A DNA stretch of 64,000 nucleotides from an uncultured Gammaproteobacteria bacterium (GTDB lineage: Bacteria; Patescibacteriota; Microgenomatia; CAYXHB01; CAZYTL01): assembly GCA_964650355.1 (NCBI GenBank), contig CAZYTL010000004.1, forward strand, positions 3,912 through 67,911, given 5' to 3'. The position numbers and the translations under genes are program-made. This document shows, one piece after another, positions 38,981 through 48,467 of the stretch; positions within the stretch are counted from its first letter, which is position 1, and every line of letters begins with the position of its first letter. The notes beneath the pieces were generated by a model. It was not told the DNA's origin, did not search any database, and saw nothing but the letters and a program-made list of their open reading frames with translations.

Positions 38981-40057
38981 CTATGCGCCCGGCACATACA
39001 CCAGCGTCTGCCCTTCTGTTAATCCCTCCACCACCTCTGCTTCCGTACTGGTCGTCTTCCCCACTTGCACCGCTTGCATCCGCCTCTGCCGCTCTGATTG
39101 GCCGGTCTGCACCCACACCATTTCCTGCCCGTCTTTATTCACCAAATACTTTTTAGGGATTACCAAAGCATTCTCTGTTTTGCCCAATACTAAATTAGCT
39201 TCCCCGTTCAGACCTAAAGCCAAATCCCAATCACAATTCTGCAACTCCACCTCTACCGGAATCGTCACCACCCCTCCGGTGGTCTCTTTACCCTCTTTCC
39301 CTATCAAAACCACCTTTCCGCTACAGCTTTCCCCGGGGAAAGCATCCAACGTTACCTCCGCCTCCTGCCCCATCTTTACCTTCTTGTAATCCACCTCATC
39401 CACGTCTGTCCCAAAATATAAACTTCCCCAATCCACCACCCGGATAAACCTGCTCCCCAAATCTCCCGCCGTCAGATTCTCCCCCGCCACCAAGTCATTT
39501 GTATCCACAACTGTACCTTTAATCGGCGACACCAGCACCGCTTCTTTCAAAACAATATCTTTAATTTCCACATTCAATACCGACCTATCCATATTAAACT
39601 GCGACTTATCCAACTCCCTTTTGATTACATCCGTAATAATCTGATCTTTATAAGTATCCAAATGCATCGTATCAAAATCCCACCGCGCCGCCATATATTG
39701 AGACAGCGCCGTTTCCAAATCTTTTTGCAATTGCCTCTGATCCAATGCTGCCACTCCCTGCCAGGCTCTGACCTCATCGCCTTCTTTAACTCCTACCCAC
39801 ACCACCTTACTGGGTAAATTAAATTTCAGATCCACCGCCTTGTGAGCTTTGACCTGCCCGTTGGCCGACACCGTTTCCACCAAAGTCTTTCTCACCACCT
39901 GAGCCGTAGTAATCCCTTCGGGTTGTTTAGTCACCAGTTTATATCCAAAAAATAGCCCTAAAATCACCACTAGCCCGCCGATCCACCGCCACTTATGGCT
40001 TAAAAATGCGCCTTTCACTCTCTGCAATAATTTATTAATCTCCATAAATATCTTCAC
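38981..40057 (-). CDS. HlyD/MacA-type periplasmic adaptor (membrane fusion protein)
   Basis: N-terminal TM, coiled-coil and beta-barrel segments. Lies upstream of the MacB-like permease and ATPase genes. Confidence 0.7.
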   Translation of the reverse strand: MKIFMEINKLLQRVKGAFLSHKWRWIGGLVVILGLFFGYKLVTKQPEGITTAQVVRKTLVETVSANGQVKAHKAVDLKFNLPSKVVWVGVKEGDEVRAWQGVAALDQRQLQKDLETALSQYMAARWDFDTMHLDTYKDQIITDVIKRELDKSQFNMDRSVLNVEIKDIVLKEAVLVSPIKGTVVDTNDLVAGENLTAGDLGSRFIRVVDWGSLYFGTDVDEVDYKKVKMGQEAEVTLDAFPGESCSGKVVLIGKEGKETTGGVVTIPVEVELQNCDWDLALGLNGEANLVLGKTENALVIPKKYLVNKDGQEMVWVQTGQSERQRRMQAVQVGKTTSTEAEVVEGLTEGQTLVYVPGA

Positions 40058-40105
40058 TTAGGCAAAAATTGTACCATAGCTCTCCTCGCCATACAACCTG
40101 ATTCC

Positions 40106-42480
40106 TCACTCATAAGCCAAAGTATCCCGGATACTCATTTGTGTCGCCCGCCTGGCCGGCAATAAACTTGCTCCCGTAGCAATCACCAACACAATCACCA
40201 GCCAAATCACCCACCCTATCGGCACTACCGTAAATACCAGAACCCGGTCAAAAAACGCCGTCCCGATTGCGTACCCAAACCCGTAAGTCATCGGCAAACT
40301 CAGCGGCAAGGCCAACATCCAACTTAACCACCCGATCAATATCCCTTCACCCAACACCACCTGGCGAATCACTCGGTTATTAGCCCCGATCGAACGCAAA
40401 ATTCCGATCTCTCTCGTTCTTTCCAACACATTTAAACTCATCGTCCCTGCCAATCCCAATCCCCCCACCATCGCCACCATCACCGCCATCGCCAACAAAA
40501 ACCCGATCATAAAATTAAACTGGCTGGCCGCCGAATCAAAGATTGCACTTTTAGTCTGACTATGCACCACCTTTATTTGCGCCCTCTCCAACTCATCTTC
40601 TATTTCCTTTGCTGTTTCCTCTTGAGTAGCTTTGTCATTTGGATTAGTTTTAACCATCATCGTTGACGCCAATCCCGGTGCATCCTTTACCTCGGTCAAA
40701 TAATCAAAATCTACAAATCCTAATTTCTGGTCCCCCGCCATGGCAATTATGCCTACAATTTCCCAATCATAATTCTGGTTATTAATTTCTACCCGTAATC
40801 CGTCTCCCACCCCCAAATCAGGATTGTCCCTGATATAAGCGCTGGACAACACTACTGCGTTAGTATCCCCTTTCTCCAGCCATCTGCCTGCCAGCAGCAC
40901 CGGCTGGGAAAACACCGTCTCCGGAGGCAATCCTGACAACCCGAAATTCTCTCCCTTACTCCCGTCTGCCTTTATTCTCCTGGCTCCCACCCCGGTTCTG
41001 GCTTCCGACTCTGCTACGGTTGGTACCTCATTAATCCTCTTTAGCACCGCCTGGGCATCGTAATCCTGGTCCAGATCCAATTCCACTTCAAAATCAAACA
41101 TCTGCAAAATTCTTTCCAACTCCAACCGCATAGCCTCCCGTACATTCACCACACTCATAAACAACGACCCAGCTACCACCAATGTGCCCAAAGTCAATGC
41201 CAGCCTTCCTTTCTTGCGAAAAGTATTGCGCAGAGAAATCAACATCCACCTGGATAAGCCTTTAATTCGCGCCAAATAATGCTCAGTCATTCCCACTTTG
41301 CGTACCGGCTGGTAATCGCTGATCGCCTCTCTCACTGACTTAGTCGTTCCTTGCCAAATCGGGATCAATCCCGCCAACACCGGCACCAGCACCGCTGCCC
41401 CCAACTCCAGACCCAACACTTGCCAAGGTAAATAAAACACCTTTACATCCAAATTCAAAAAATCAGTCACCAACTTCAAAAACACCCATGCCAACCCCAT
41501 GCCTACCGGCACTGCTACCACCAATCCCAACAACCCGTAGACTACCACCATCACCAAATACAAACTCACCACTTGCCTGTTGGTTCCCCCGATGGCTTTC
41601 ATCACCCCGATCTGCTTCTTCTGTTGCGTCAACAACGCCGATATAGTATTCACCACCAAAAACCCGCTCAAAACAAAGAAAACACCCCGATAATACTCAA
41701 TATCGCCGTGAACGCCCGCGAATTGTCTTCCGCCCAATGTTCATTAGGCGTAAACACCTGCAATCCCCTCACTTCCACCCCGCGGTCTTCAAGTCGATTT
41801 CTTAAATCATCCGCCAACTTTTCCGCCTCCTCCAAACTACTAATCTCCTTATCCGTAGCAATTTCCACTCGATTGAACCGCTTGGGAAACCCCAGCCAGC
41901 CCAAAGTTTCCCATGACACATACCCGGTTAACTGATCAGTAAAACTTGCCGGAATCACCGAATTCCCGTATACCGTCCCTGTCCACACCAACTTCTTCCG
42001 CTTCCCATCCGGCAACTCAATCGTCACCTCATCTCCCACGTTTCCCATCAAACTGGCCACCGAAGCCCTTTCGACTACCAACCCCTGCTCTCCTGGTGGC
42101 CAGTCTCCTTTTAATGGCTCCAACAAATTCAATTCCATTTTTCCAAAATCAGGCACCGACTCCAACACCAAAGACTTAGCCTTGTCTTCATCCATTACCA
42201 GCTTTACCGTGTACCTAGCCTTGCCTTGGGCATCAGCCACTCCCGGCTGGTCAATCAACCACCTCACCAGAGTCTCATCAAATTCAGGCAAACTCAAACT
42301 CATCGTCGTCGGATTACTCGCCCTGTAAGTCTGATCCATGTTCTTCAACAACACCTCCTGAGTAATAAATACACTCCCGAACGCCCACACCCCCACCGCA
42401 ATCGCCAACACCACCAGTAAAGTCCGTGCCTTATGACTAATTAAATCTCGGATTATCTTTTTCCACCGCGTGGATACCAT
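40106..42480 (-). CDS. MacB/FtsX-type ABC permease with two FtsX domains, apparently interrupted by a frameshift (ORFs 41668..42480 and 40106..41737)
   Basis: The N-terminal ORF has TM1 plus the start of a periplasmic domain. The second ORF continues with two FtsX helix bundles and a second periplasmic domain. The two ORFs overlap by 70 nt in a homopolymer-rich stretch. Confidence 0.6.
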
Positions 42481-42483
42481 ACC

Positions 42484-43575
42484 TTATCTCCCTTTCTTCG
42501 ACCTGTGCTCTTCATAACGCTTCCTGGCTACCTCCCCCACTTGCTTCCTCACCTTCTCTGATTCAGCCAACAACTTCTTAAAAGCCACTTGATCCAAAGT
42601 AGCTACCTCTGCCCCTGTCACCAAACTCGCCCTAGCCGTCGCTAAACTCTTTCCTCCGCCGCGCATTAACTCTATTTCACCGAAATATTGGCCTTTTTCA
42701 AACTCAGCGACTACAAACCTCCTCCCGTCAGCCGGTTCAATAATGATTTCCACTGCACCCCTAGTCACTATATGCAGCATCTCAATCGGCTCTCCTTTTT
42801 TAATAATCTCCTCTCCGGGTTTAAATCTTTTTCTCTCCAACTGAGCAGTAATCCACACCAACTGCCTTTCCGTTAACCCCGGAAAGGTTCTTGCCAAATA
42901 TTCCTCAATAATCGCCCCATCCGCAATTACCAACGTTCTCTGCACCCGTTTGGCCAAATCCCGGTCATGAGTCACCATCATAATCGTTTTTCCCTCATCG
43001 ACGAGTCTTCCGAACAATTCAAAAATCAGACTCGCTGTCTTGGAGTCCAAATTTCCTGTCGGTTCATCAGCTGCGATAATCGGTGGGTCATTCGCCATTG
43101 CCCGGGCAATCGCCACTCTTTGTTGCTGCCCCCCTGATAGTTGAGATGGTAATTTATCTGCCTGGTCAGCACTTATTTCCACCATCTCTAGTAGCTTCAG
43201 AGCCCGCTTCTCCCGTTCTCTTGTAACGTACATCCGTCCTAAATCCATCGGCAGCATCACATTCTCCAACACCGTCAAAGTCGGCAACAATTGAAAAAAC
43301 TGAAACACAATCCCCATATTTCTTCCCCGCCACTCTGCCATCCGGCTTTCATCCAACCCATGAATCGCCGTTCCCGCTACCTCCACCTCACCCTTGGTCG
43401 GTCGGTCAATTCCAGTCAACATATTAATCAATGTCGACTTGCCGCTTCCCGATTTACCGATTACCGCCACAAACTCCCCGCCTTCCACTTCCAAATTAAT
43501 GTTTTTCAACGCCAAAAAATCCCCTGCTTCAGTTTTATATATTTTAGATACTTTATTTAATTGAATCAGTCCCAC
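42484..43575 (-). CDS. ABC transporter ATP-binding protein (MacB/LolD-type) fused to a C-terminal cyclic-nucleotide-binding (CAP_ED) domain
   Basis: Walker [10 protein letters not shown], signature [14 protein letters not shown], Walker B IIAADEPT. The C-terminal ~130 aa ([27 protein letters not shown]...[22 protein letters not shown]) matches the cNMP-binding beta-barrel. Confidence 0.75.
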   Translation of the reverse strand: MGLIQLNKVSKIYKTEAGDFLALKNINLEVEGGEFVAVIGKSGSGKSTLINMLTGIDRPTKGEVEVAGTAIHGLDESRMAEWRGRNMGIVFQFFQLLPTLTVLENVMLPMDLGRMYVTREREKRALKLLEMVEISADQADKLPSQLSGGQQQRVAIARAMANDPPIIAADEPTGNLDSKTASLIFELFGRLVDEGKTIMMVTHDRDLAKRVQRTLVIADGAIIEEYLARTFPGLTERQLVWITAQLERKRFKPGEEIIKKGEPIEMLHIVTRGAVEIIIEPADGRRFVVAEFEKGQYFGEIELMRGGGKSLATARASLVTGAEVATLDQVAFKKLLAESEKVRKQVGEVARKRYEEHRSKKGR

Positions 43576-43630
43576 AGACTAATATTTTACCATTTTCTTT
43601 CGTTTTCTGCTCTCATTACCATCCACTCAC

Positions 43631-44461
43631 CTAATGTTCCCCACCACTCTTCAACTCCTCAAAATCTTCCTCTTTCAATCGCCACCCTAAACTTCCCAAA
43701 ATCTCATTAATATGCTCTTTCGTACTTGCTTTAGGAATCACCACCACATTTTCCTGATCCAGCAACCATCGTAAAGCCGCCTGTACCGGAGTTCTGCCAT
43801 ACTTCTCAGCCATCCTCATCAATTTATCCCCTGGACTAAAAGCTAACTCCCCTCGTACCAAGGGAGAATAAGCCGTGATCACTATCCCGCTTTTCCGACA
43901 ATAATCCAGCAACTCCTGCTCTGGTTGATTCCACAAACTATATTCCACCTGATCAGTCACCAGAGGATGCCGGGCAGCTGCTTGAGCTCTTTTTAATTGG
44001 GATAACGAAAAGTTACTCACTCCCATAAACCGCGCTTTCCCCTCAGATACAGCTTCGTCCAAAACATGAATCGCTCTGTCGATCCACCCCGGCCACGGAC
44101 TCGGATGATGAATCAAATACAAATCCACATAATCAGTCCCCAACCTTTCCAGACTCCTATTCAACGCCTGCCAAATCTGTTTTTGCCTGATTTTGGTCGG
44201 CAATACCTTTGTAGTAATAAACAGCTGTTTTCTATCCCTGTCTTTTATCACCTCCCCCACCAACTCTTCTGCATGGCCTCTTCCGTACAACTCAGCAGTA
44301 TCGATATGAGTCATACCTTGATCAATTGCATAACCAATTGCCTTTATAAACTTAGTATCCTCCCGACTGTCACTGGTCAACCAGCCTCCCATCCCCCAGG
44401 TACCCAAACCCAAAGCCGGAATCTGCACCTGTTTAATCAACTGTTTAAATTCCATACCCAT
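43631..44461 (-). CDS. aldo/keto reductase
   Basis: GLGTWGMG, IDTAELYG, and a conserved C-terminal AKR region. Confidence 0.8.
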   Translation of the reverse strand: MGMEFKQLIKQVQIPALGLGTWGMGGWLTSDSREDTKFIKAIGYAIDQGMTHIDTAELYGRGHAEELVGEVIKDRDRKQLFITTKVLPTKIRQKQIWQALNRSLERLGTDYVDLYLIHHPSPWPGWIDRAIHVLDEAVSEGKARFMGVSNFSLSQLKRAQAAARHPLVTDQVEYSLWNQPEQELLDYCRKSGIVITAYSPLVRGELAFSPGDKLMRMAEKYGRTPVQAALRWLLDQENVVVIPKASTKEHINEILGSLGWRLKEEDFEELKSGGEH

Positions 44462-44524
44462 CCAGCATAATCACCTCAGATGAACAAACCCTGAGAGCAT
44501 CTTTACTTAGTTCAGATCGTTTCT

Positions 44525-45181
44525 TCATACCTCTCCATCCGCAATCTTCCTTAAATTATCCCAAGTCTTAATCATAATCGCTCTCGACTGATATCGGATC
44601 AACCCCTCACCCGCGAACTTCCCCATTTCCAGACTGGTTGTTTCTCTGCTCAAACCTGCTAAATCAGCAATCTCCTGATGCGTCAACGTTAACTTAATTA
44701 AAACCTCCCCTCTTGTCTTCTTTTTACCAAATCGCTTCCCAGCCATTACCAATACTCCTGCCACTCGTCTCCTAGCCTCGGCAAAAAATAAATCCTCTAA
44801 CCGATACACCAACCCTCCCAAACCTATCGCTAACCTTTGAGTTAATTCGAATAACAATTCAGGATGTTGTCTCAACCATTTCACCACCTTTTCTTTCGGC
44901 GCCCTATACACCGTCACTGCCGTCATTGCCTCAAAAAAATCGTGATTCTTCATTCCTCCCAAAGCCCACATCATCGGAAAATAAGCCCCTGGTTTATAAA
45001 TATTCAGAATCAAACTTTTCCCTGATTCGTCTAAAAATACCTGCTTCACATAACCTGATTTAATAAAATACACTCCCTGAGGCTCATCCTCTGACCTCAA
45101 GATATACTCCTTCTTCCCGTACTTAATCTCGGTAAACTTTCCGAAAAATCCCAATAATTGCTGACGAACCGACTCGGCCAT
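44525..45181 (-). CDS. Crp/Fnr family transcriptional regulator
   Basis: N-terminal cNMP-binding barrel (GVYFIKSGYVKQ...) and C-terminal HTH (THQEIADLAGLSRETTSLEM). Confidence 0.75.
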   Translation of the reverse strand: MAESVRQQLLGFFGKFTEIKYGKKEYILRSEDEPQGVYFIKSGYVKQVFLDESGKSLILNIYKPGAYFPMMWALGGMKNHDFFEAMTAVTVYRAPKEKVVKWLRQHPELLFELTQRLAIGLGGLVYRLEDLFFAEARRRVAGVLVMAGKRFGKKKTRGEVLIKLTLTHQEIADLAGLSRETTSLEMGKFAGEGLIRYQSRAIMIKTWDNLRKIADGEV

Positions 45182-45379
45182 AACTAAATGTAATCCTTAT
45201 TACAGATAAAAAGTGATCAACTTTACTGATAAAATTTTTCCTCCCCACTATTATTACCTTAATGATAGCAAATGTCTATTGAAAAATACCCATCATCCCA
45301 GCCAGTTCTTCGATCCCCGATTACCGAAAACACTCCTGGCCACCTCCATCCCTTTCATCGCTTATCCGAAAAACCCGTC

Positions 45380-46027
45380 TCACTTAACACTTTCTTTCTC
45401 GTATTCCCGATAAGAAAACCACACCAACCAAATTGAGCCTCCCACCGCCGGCGCTATCACCAGGTAAAAAGCTAACTTAGGCAACAACACTCCCACTAGA
45501 GCAATTAACCCTACCGCTTTGAATATCTTTCCTCCCTGCTGATGCGTCTTTTCCCACACCCGATCAGACGATAATGTCCATGGAGTTCTGAATCCCAAAA
45601 ACCAATTTCTCTTTGTCTTGGGCAAAATCGTACCGATTAACCAAAACAGTCCCCCGAAAACCACGGCCATCACCCTGCCCCAGTCAAACCGCCACCCCAA
45701 ATTCCACCCTAAAGCCAATCCATAAATCACTAATAGACCCAACACGATTACCGCTACCAGTAAATTATATTCTTTACGAAACTTAGCAATATTCTTCTTC
45801 AACGGATCAATCAAGGGAATCACCTCAAACAACCCCCATAAACCTCCGGCTACCAAAGGCATCAGCACTACTCCCCAAAACTTAGACACATAACCGTTAA
45901 TCTCACCGGCCAGATTCCAATGGCTGGCCATTTTCTCGGGCAACCGCGGATATAACCACATCCCTACCGACACTGCCACCAATATTCCTAAAAACATCAC
46001 TCCTCTTGCTACTCGTTTAGTCATCAA
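45380..46027 (-). CDS. SdpI/YhfL family membrane protein with DUF1648 N-terminal region
   Basis: HWNLAGEINGYVSKFWGVV... plus a multi-TM C-terminal SdpI-like segment. Confidence 0.55.
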   Translation of the reverse strand: MMTKRVARGVMFLGILVAVSVGMWLYPRLPEKMASHWNLAGEINGYVSKFWGVVLMPLVAGGLWGLFEVIPLIDPLKKNIAKFRKEYNLLVAVIVLGLLVIYGLALGWNLGWRFDWGRVMAVVFGGLFWLIGTILPKTKRNWFLGFRTPWTLSSDRVWEKTHQQGGKIFKAVGLIALVGVLLPKLAFYLVIAPAVGGSIWLVWFSYREYEKESVK

Positions 46028-46112
46028 TTTATATTATATCTCATTTTTAACCCTTCCAGAACTATTTCCCTCTACTCAACTAGTCTTACTCGGTCTACAA
46101 TTTTCAATTAGT

Positions 46113-47042
46113 ATGTTTTCCCGCCTGCCCAAATCCAGTCTCATCACCATCTTCGCTCTAAGTTTAATCTTATTTCCCATCTACCTGGTCTTCTTTCTCC
46201 CTCATCGCCAATTTCTCAGCTCGCCTCCCTCCATTTCTTCCCTCTCAAAATCCGGCTCCTTCGCATTCATTCTCAACCAACCCACCACTGTTCCTACTCC
46301 TTCCCCCACCCTCACCCCTGTTCCCCCCACACCCACCCCTACGCCTATGAGCTTCTATGATATGAATCGCCTCTATGGCCCTTGTGCCATCGCTCCTGTA
46401 CTCATGTACCACCACATCCAGGAACAATCAGTCGCCCAAACGTCAGGCTATACCAGCCTTAATGTCACCCCTGAAAACTTCCGCGCCCACCTCCAATACC
46501 TTACCGACCACCATTACCAAGTTATTTCTTTGGCCGACCTGTCCGCCTTCTTCAACCACACGACTCCTTTGCCATCCAAACCAGTCCTCCTCACTTTTGA
46601 CGATGGCTACGCTGATTTCTATGATCAAGCCTCTCCTATTCTCCAAGAATTTCACGACCCGGCCACCGTATTCCTGCCTACCGGCCTCATGGATAACCCT
46701 GGTTACCTCTCCTGGACCCAAATTAGTCAACTCGCTTCCTCAGGCCTAATTAATTTTGCCAATCATACCTGGTCACATCGTTCCACCGGCGCATCCCTCG
46801 CAGTCACCACCAGAGAAATCACCACCGCAGACCAACAACTCACCGACCGTGGCTTAAATTCTCTCAAAACATTTGCCTATCCCTATGGCACCGACACCCA
46901 GACTGCCGAAACCGTCCTCAACCATCTCAACTACCAACTCGCTTTCACCACCCACCATGGATCAACCCTTTGCCAACGCCTCCGCTTCAGCCTCCCTCGC
47001 ATTCGCATTGGCAACGCCCCTCTCAGCCGCTTTGGCCTCTAA
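46113..47042 (+). CDS. CE4 polysaccharide deacetylase with Pro/Thr-rich linker
   Basis: N-terminal TM, PT-rich linker, NodB motif LLTFDDGYADFYD, and HTWSH. Confidence 0.7.
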   Translation: MFSRLPKSSLITIFALSLILFPIYLVFFLPHRQFLSSPPSISSLSKSGSFAFILNQPTTVPTPSPTLTPVPPTPTPTPMSFYDMNRLYGPCAIAPVLMYHHIQEQSVAQTSGYTSLNVTPENFRAHLQYLTDHHYQVISLADLSAFFNHTTPLPSKPVLLTFDDGYADFYDQASPILQEFHDPATVFLPTGLMDNPGYLSWTQISQLASSGLINFANHTWSHRSTGASLAVTTREITTADQQLTDRGLNSLKTFAYPYGTDTQTAETVLNHLNYQLAFTTHHGSTLCQRLRFSLPRIRIGNAPLSRFGL

Positions 47043-47197
47043 AATCCACCTGCCGTCCATGCATTTTGACATCTCTAAGTAAATTCCACCCACCACGATC
47101 TTCAATCTGCCTTTACCCTCTATCAATAGCTTAACCTTATTAGCCTTCGACTTCTCATTTGACAACTCCGCCCCACTTCGGTTTATATTAAAACAGA

Positions 47198-48460
47198 ATG
47201 AAGAAAAATAGCCTAAACAACCCCCTTCACAAATTTCTTCCCCAATTTCCCTCTCTCAAACACTGGGTTCCCTGGCTGCTCACTGTCCCCATGTTCTTTG
47301 GCTTAGCCTTTGGCGGCTGGTACACCTACCAACAAAGCCGCCAAATCAGGGCTTCCGAACAACAACTATCTGATCTCACTCAAACCGCCTCCCAACTGGA
47401 ACAAACCAAACTCGACCTGAAAAACCAACTCGACACCGTCTCCACCCAATACCAAGAATTAGCCAACCAAGACCAAAAAGTGCGCAATGACAAACTGGAA
47501 GCCACCCTCTCAGCCATCAAGAAAACTTACACCCAAGCCGTCAACGTTTACGAAGATCTGCTCAAACTCAAAGAACAAACCAGCAAAACCAAAGACTTTG
47601 ATGATCAATTTACCAAAGCTTTAGTATTGCTTACCCAACAAAACTTTTCTGACGCTTCCACCCAGCTCACCTCCCTTTCCTCAGCCATCAAAACCGAGCA
47701 GGAGAAAATCGCTGCTGCCGCAGCCAGCGCTAGCCTTAAAGCCAATGTACCTCAGTCTAACCAACCACCAGGGTCCGGTTACAGCCGTCAAAAAGTCAAC
47801 TCTGATGTGGGTACCTTTCTAGTCAGTTTGGTGGCCGCCGATCTCTCCAACACCCGCGTCATCGTTGACACCGCCTCCCCCGGCGACTGCAGCAACGATT
47901 GTCCTGTTCTTCCTCTGTCCGAATACGTATCCCGTAACAGCGCCTTTGCCGGTATCAACGGCTCCTACTTCTGTCCCGCCTCCTATCCCAGCTGCGCGGG
48001 TAAAACCAATTCCTTCGACACTTTGCTCATGAACAAAAACAAAACCTACTTCAACTCTGACAATAACGTTTACAGCACCATTCCCGCCGTTATCTTCAGC
48101 AACGGCTCCATTCGCTTCGTTGGCGCTTCTCAGGAATGGGGTCGCGACACCGGCATTTACTCCATGATTGCCAACTATCCCTTGCTTGTCAGTGGCAACA
48201 ATGTCACCTTTGGCGGCGACAGCGATCCCAAACACGGCAGCCGCGGCGGCCGCAGCTTTGTCGCCAATAAAGGCAACACCGTTTATATCGGCGTAGTTCA
48301 CAGCGCTACCGTCATCGAATCCGCCCACGTCCTCAAAACTCTGGGCATGGACAACGCTCTTAATTTGGACGACGGCGGCTCTACCGCTCTCTGGTCCGGT
48401 GGCTACAAAGTTGGCCCCGGCCGCAATCTTCCCAACGCCGTCCTCTTTGTCCGCAAGTAA
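47198..48460 (+). CDS. phosphodiester glycosidase (NAGPA/DUF2233) family protein, membrane-anchored with coiled coil
   Basis: N-terminal TM and a long coiled coil. The C-terminal domain has the LNLDDGGSTAL motif typical of this family. Confidence 0.6.
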   Translation: MKKNSLNNPLHKFLPQFPSLKHWVPWLLTVPMFFGLAFGGWYTYQQSRQIRASEQQLSDLTQTASQLEQTKLDLKNQLDTVSTQYQELANQDQKVRNDKLEATLSAIKKTYTQAVNVYEDLLKLKEQTSKTKDFDDQFTKALVLLTQQNFSDASTQLTSLSSAIKTEQEKIAAAAASASLKANVPQSNQPPGSGYSRQKVNSDVGTFLVSLVAADLSNTRVIVDTASPGDCSNDCPVLPLSEYVSRNSAFAGINGSYFCPASYPSCAGKTNSFDTLLMNKNKTYFNSDNNVYSTIPAVIFSNGSIRFVGASQEWGRDTGIYSMIANYPLLVSGNNVTFGGDSDPKHGSRGGRSFVANKGNTVYIGVVHSATVIESAHVLKTLGMDNALNLDDGGSTALWSGGYKVGPGRNLPNAVLFVRK

Positions 48461-48467
48461 GTTCCCC

